Origin: a virus
Taxonomy: Duplodnaviria; Caudoviricetes
IMG/VR virus record: IMGVR_UViG_3300017778_001897
Location: 1-27,205 of that record
Direction: 5' to 3' (one strand)
Length of the DNA: 27,205 nt
Shown in pieces: positions 23,990-27,205 of the stretch. The notes beneath the pieces were generated by a model. It was not told the DNA's origin and made no database searches. It was given only the letters and a program-made list of their open reading frames with translations. The position numbers and the translations under genes were made by a program. Within the stretch, counting starts at the first letter, position 1; each line of letters opens with the position of its first letter.

Positions 23990-25342
23990 CTATAATATGC
24001 TTCCAATAACTTTATTTTCTTTAAAACTTGCTGAAGTTTTTGGAAATTCTTGTTCAAATATTGCTTCAGCTTCCGCATCAGTGTAACCAGAGGGTTTTGC
24101 AAATGAAAAAGTGCCATCTTTATTTTGTATCAAATCAAAGTCAGCCGCAGTTTGAATTTGTTGTACTAGAATTTCTGTTTTCTGTACTTCAGTTAAAAGT
24201 TCACTGGTGCTAGTAACCAAGTCACCTATAGCCTGAAACGTGTCACCTAAACCTGCATTAAGGGTATCTGTTGGTAATGCTTCAGAAATAAGCTCATAGA
24301 GAAAAATTGCTATTTCGTAAAATGCTTCTCGTATACATCTATCCAATAATTTTTTAAGATACGCTGGAAGATTTAATATAAACTGAACGATTGCTTTAAG
24401 CAAATTAATTTGTTGAATTCCATATTTAATTGCTTCATTGATTTCTTTAAGCAATGTTGTAATTTTTTTAATTTGTGCAGCAACATACCTTATTTTATCG
24501 GATATAAAAGAAGAGAACGGAGATACACCCAAAAGAGCAAATGCTTTTTCCAATCCCTCTCGTATTAGATGTGCAACTTGTCGAGCAATTTCAGAACCAG
24601 CTAAAGTTTTCCTCACCTTTATCGCAACATCACAAACGTGTGCTCGATTTCTATTCGAATAAGCAATTCCAGTGTTTTGAACAATACCTCGTGCATACGA
24701 AGGAAGAACAGGATAGTCAGATCGTATATCCTGAGTTCCTCGAAAGGTATTAGGTATTCTTGGTCCTAAATTTACTTCTGCTTGAGGTCGGTTATCTACA
24801 AAACCTAGTTGTATCCTCTGTTCATTCCTTTTACCCAAATCAGTTGAAAGTTGTTGTAAATTTCCAACTGTAGACCTTTTTAAATTAATCTGTAAAGATA
24901 ATTTTGCAATGGTTTTTAAATTTTTAAAACTTGGATTGAGTGCAGCAGATTGCCACTGAGTCTCCAATTTTTGCAAATTTTCACTTTCTAATCTCAATCT
25001 ACCATTAACTGTTTTAATAATTACATTAGAATTTGTTGGTTGCCTAATTTCAGCCGAACGAATTCCACTAATAGTTACACCACTTACAATTGGACGTTGT
25101 GTGTCGATAACGCCTGCTTTGTTTTTAACATAATAACCAGTTACCCAATCTCCATGTTTTGGTCCAGAAAAAAGGTGCGCCATTCCAGCAGCAACTTCAA
25201 CCACAGCCCACGGAAGTTTGTCTGTTGGTACTTCCTGAACATTTTCACTATGAGTTCCAATAACACGAACTCGAACGTGACCAGTTCCCAATGGGTCTTT
25301 TATATCCTCAACAACACCTTGAAATGTTACGATATCTTCCAT
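23990..25342 (-). CDS. gp5: Central spike, gp5 N-terminal OB-fold part fused to a helical domain (no lysozyme recognised)
   Basis: FQGVVED.KDPL..G.VRVRVIG.H......PT..LPWA, P..GDWV.G.Y and GFVD match the T4 gp5 OB-fold region; the remainder is amphipathic helices. Confidence 0.85.
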   Translation of the reverse strand: MEDIVTFQGVVEDIKDPLGTGHVRVRVIGTHSENVQEVPTDKLPWAVVEVAAGMAHLFSGPKHGDWVTGYYVKNKAGVIDTQRPIVSGVTISGIRSAEIRQPTNSNVIIKTVNGRLRLESENLQKLETQWQSAALNPSFKNLKTIAKLSLQINLKRSTVGNLQQLSTDLGKRNEQRIQLGFVDNRPQAEVNLGPRIPNTFRGTQDIRSDYPVLPSYARGIVQNTGIAYSNRNRAHVCDVAIKVRKTLAGSEIARQVAHLIREGLEKAFALLGVSPFSSFISDKIRYVAAQIKKITTLLKEINEAIKYGIQQINLLKAIVQFILNLPAYLKKLLDRCIREAFYEIAIFLYELISEALPTDTLNAGLGDTFQAIGDLVTSTSELLTEVQKTEILVQQIQTAADFDLIQNKDGTFSFAKPSGYTDAEAEAIFEQEFPKTSASFKENKVIGSIL

Positions 25343-25348
25343 TTAATT

Positions 25349-26683
25349 TTACTCCATTAATGCTTCTTGTACCTGTCCACTATCAGATGATATAACAGGA
25401 CTATTAGTAGTATCACTTGCCACTTCAATAATTGTTTCAAACGTATCGGGTCTAATCGTATGCCTTGTTGACACAATCATATACTTACCATACGTGGAGA
25501 CATCTTTAGTATCGTTTCTATCATTTTGTGTTAAATTAAACCCCCTCAGATTTACATTCAATCCCGACGAATAGATAAAATTTCCTGGTACAGTTATTCG
25601 TATTCTTTTTTGTAAAAGGTTTGCAAATATTGATTTTCTTGCAAAAAGATAATTTTCAGCATCATCTGCAATAGTTGCGGTTTTAGGATCATTCTTCTTA
25701 ATATAATCTGATTTTTTTCTTTGTTCTGAGGAAAATCCAACAACTACTCTTGAACCATTTGATTGGTCAACTGTTAAACCGTGTCTATTTGGTAGAGTGG
25801 TTACATTCAAATTTTCATTTGAATTCGAATTATCAATAATTTTACTCATATCAAATTTTGTTTCGTTATACGATTGTGTCAATGGGTCGTATGAAACATG
25901 AACACCTGAATACATTCCATCTTTAATAGCTTTGATTAGATTATACTGAGATACAATTGTAGCATTTCTTGCGCCGAATAATTCATTTTCAGGTTTTCCA
26001 ATATTTTTCACATCAAAATTTATTGTTGCGACAGGATTATCTCTTAACAAACTGGTCAAAGACACAAAATTAAATCCTAACCTATTCTCAAAAAAAATAT
26101 AATTCGGTAGATTATCTTTGGTTATTGATCTTCTTGCTAACCAATTCATAGCATCAAAAGGACTTAGGTTCGGTATAATAAATTCATGAATACCTTTTGT
26201 TGCTTCAATAGTTCCTATTTTATTGGAAGGAGTTTTTAAATAATCTTTAATAATTATTTTAGCAACATCACTATATAGACCTTGAAATGCTGACGATATT
26301 TTAGTATTACCTTTACTGTATGTTATAGATTCAATCAACTCCTGAGAAACAAAATTCAACACATAGGCTTCAGTTGTTTGATTTCTAATTATTCTGTTTG
26401 ATTGTTTATAAATCCTAAAAGTTTTTTTCAAAATAGTTGGACCATCGGATTCATCACCCTTAGATATCACCACTCGCAAAAAACACGATTTAAAATCTAT
26501 CTTTGAAGATAGATTCTTCGAATCAACAAGCACTATATTTCCTGATGCGGCAGGAAAAAGTATGGTATCGAAAAAACTTATTTCTTCAAAAAGTGCGGTT
26601 ATATCAAATGTTCCTCCATTGGAAACAATCGATAGTTTCTTTACTTTAAATTGACTTGATTTTGATACATCAATATCAGCCAT
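25349..26683 (-). CDS. Probable baseplate hub protein (gp27/Mu gp44-like position and size)
   Basis: 444 aa between gp53 and gp5; IIPNLSPFDAMNWLA, YIFFENRLGFNFVSL..L, ITVPGN.....G..V, D....GKYMI...RH.I motifs typical of the conserved gene at this position in cyanophage-type T4-likes. Hub function inferred from synteny. Confidence 0.6.
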   Translation of the reverse strand: MADIDVSKSSQFKVKKLSIVSNGGTFDITALFEEISFFDTILFPAASGNIVLVDSKNLSSKIDFKSCFLRVVISKGDESDGPTILKKTFRIYKQSNRIIRNQTTEAYVLNFVSQELIESITYSKGNTKISSAFQGLYSDVAKIIIKDYLKTPSNKIGTIEATKGIHEFIIPNLSPFDAMNWLARRSITKDNLPNYIFFENRLGFNFVSLTSLLRDNPVATINFDVKNIGKPENELFGARNATIVSQYNLIKAIKDGMYSGVHVSYDPLTQSYNETKFDMSKIIDNSNSNENLNVTTLPNRHGLTVDQSNGSRVVVGFSSEQRKKSDYIKKNDPKTATIADDAENYLFARKSIFANLLQKRIRITVPGNFIYSSGLNVNLRGFNLTQNDRNDTKDVSTYGKYMIVSTRHTIRPDTFETIIEVASDTTNSPVISSDSGQVQEALME

Positions 26684-26684
26684 G

Positions 26685-27205
26685 TTATACTCTTATACCC
26701 ATAACTCTTTGTAATTCATCTTTAACAGCATCAATATACTCTGGTTTTAAAAGACTAATGGTTCTTTTAGTTTCATTATATTCAATCTCATAATCATAAT
26801 AAGTTTTTGAACTTTTAACAACATCCACTTTAAACTGTATTCCTTTCGGGGCAGTAATGGTAGTAGTAGATGCAACAGCATTGGCATAGGTTGCTGCATC
26901 TATTTCAATCACATCCTCACTATAATCACCAGTAGATATATTTGTGCTAGTTCTTGTTGTATAATAAGAATGAATATTTGTTTTAGCCCAAGTCAATCCA
27001 GTTTGACCGATAACTGTGTTGGCATTTGCTGTATATTTTGAATCAACAAATCTAGCAAGTGTTCTTTGGTCTAGTGGAAAATCATACTGTGGATCAATTA
27101 TATCATTCAGAGCCAAAATAACCCAATGAAGTTCGGCCGAACCATATGCTTTATAGGCTATGATTTCTGGTGTGTCACCATCATTGATGTTGTATTTTGT
27201 AAACA
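26685..27205 (-). CDS. gp53: Baseplate wedge subunit gp53 (5' partial)
   Basis: Frame is open beyond the track start (27116) to the window edge: FTKYNINDGDTPEIIAYKAYGSAELHWVILALNDIIDPQYDFPL, the gp53 LysM-like signature; C-terminal YE..YNE.KR.I.LLKPEY. Confidence 0.92.
   Translation of the reverse strand, partial: FTKYNINDGDTPEIIAYKAYGSAELHWVILALNDIIDPQYDFPLDQRTLARFVDSKYTANANTVIGQTGLTWAKTNIHSYYTTRTSTNISTGDYSEDVIEIDAATYANAVASTTTITAPKGIQFKVDVVKSSKTYYDYEIEYNETKRTISLLKPEYIDAVKDELQRVMGIRV

Noticed and set aside
23984-23992. Stop-codon recoding or readthrough fusing the two gp5 halves
   Set aside because: Two different in-frame stops (TAG then TGA) would both need suppression; all other genes are intact under the standard code, nearly all ending in TAA.
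7234-25360. Plus-strand ORFs such as 7234-7572, 9988-10437, 22965-23285 and 25040-25360
   Set aside because: All lie opposite well-supported minus-strand structural genes and show no recognisable motifs.
19353-27205. Visibly more AT-rich right part versus the left fibre region as evidence of horizontal transfer
   Set aside because: Largely explicable by Ala/Gly-rich protein composition on the left; cannot be supported without computing third-position GC.

Overview
The whole 27.2-kb window is a gene-dense, minus-strand late (virion morphogenesis) region of a large T4-like myophage with the cyanophage/pelagiphage-type layout; the host cannot be determined from this window. In transcription order (right to left): gp53 (partial), a probable hub protein, a central spike gp5 split into two genes (OB-fold plus helical domain with no recognisable lysozyme; then a beta-helix with an HxH motif), a 284-aa helical unknown, gp25, gp6, gp7-like, gp8, a 2051-aa DUF4815/VrlC-like protein and three small connector-like genes. 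Next come two tandem, paralogous three-gene cassettes (MAYIGN adaptor, glycine-rich adhesin-like protein, late promoter, chaperone-like protein), an intrinsic terminator abutting a late promoter, a small beta-sandwich adaptor, and a >906-codon Ala/Asn heptad-repeat fibre gene that runs off the left edge and is absent from the ORF track. The most notable signals are the modular dual adhesin cassettes sharing a near-identical in-frame 49-bp island, the split lysozyme-less gp5, and a strong Ala-Asn dipeptide bias in outer virion proteins that is absent from hub and spike proteins. All family calls come from motif recognition by eye; no database searches were run.
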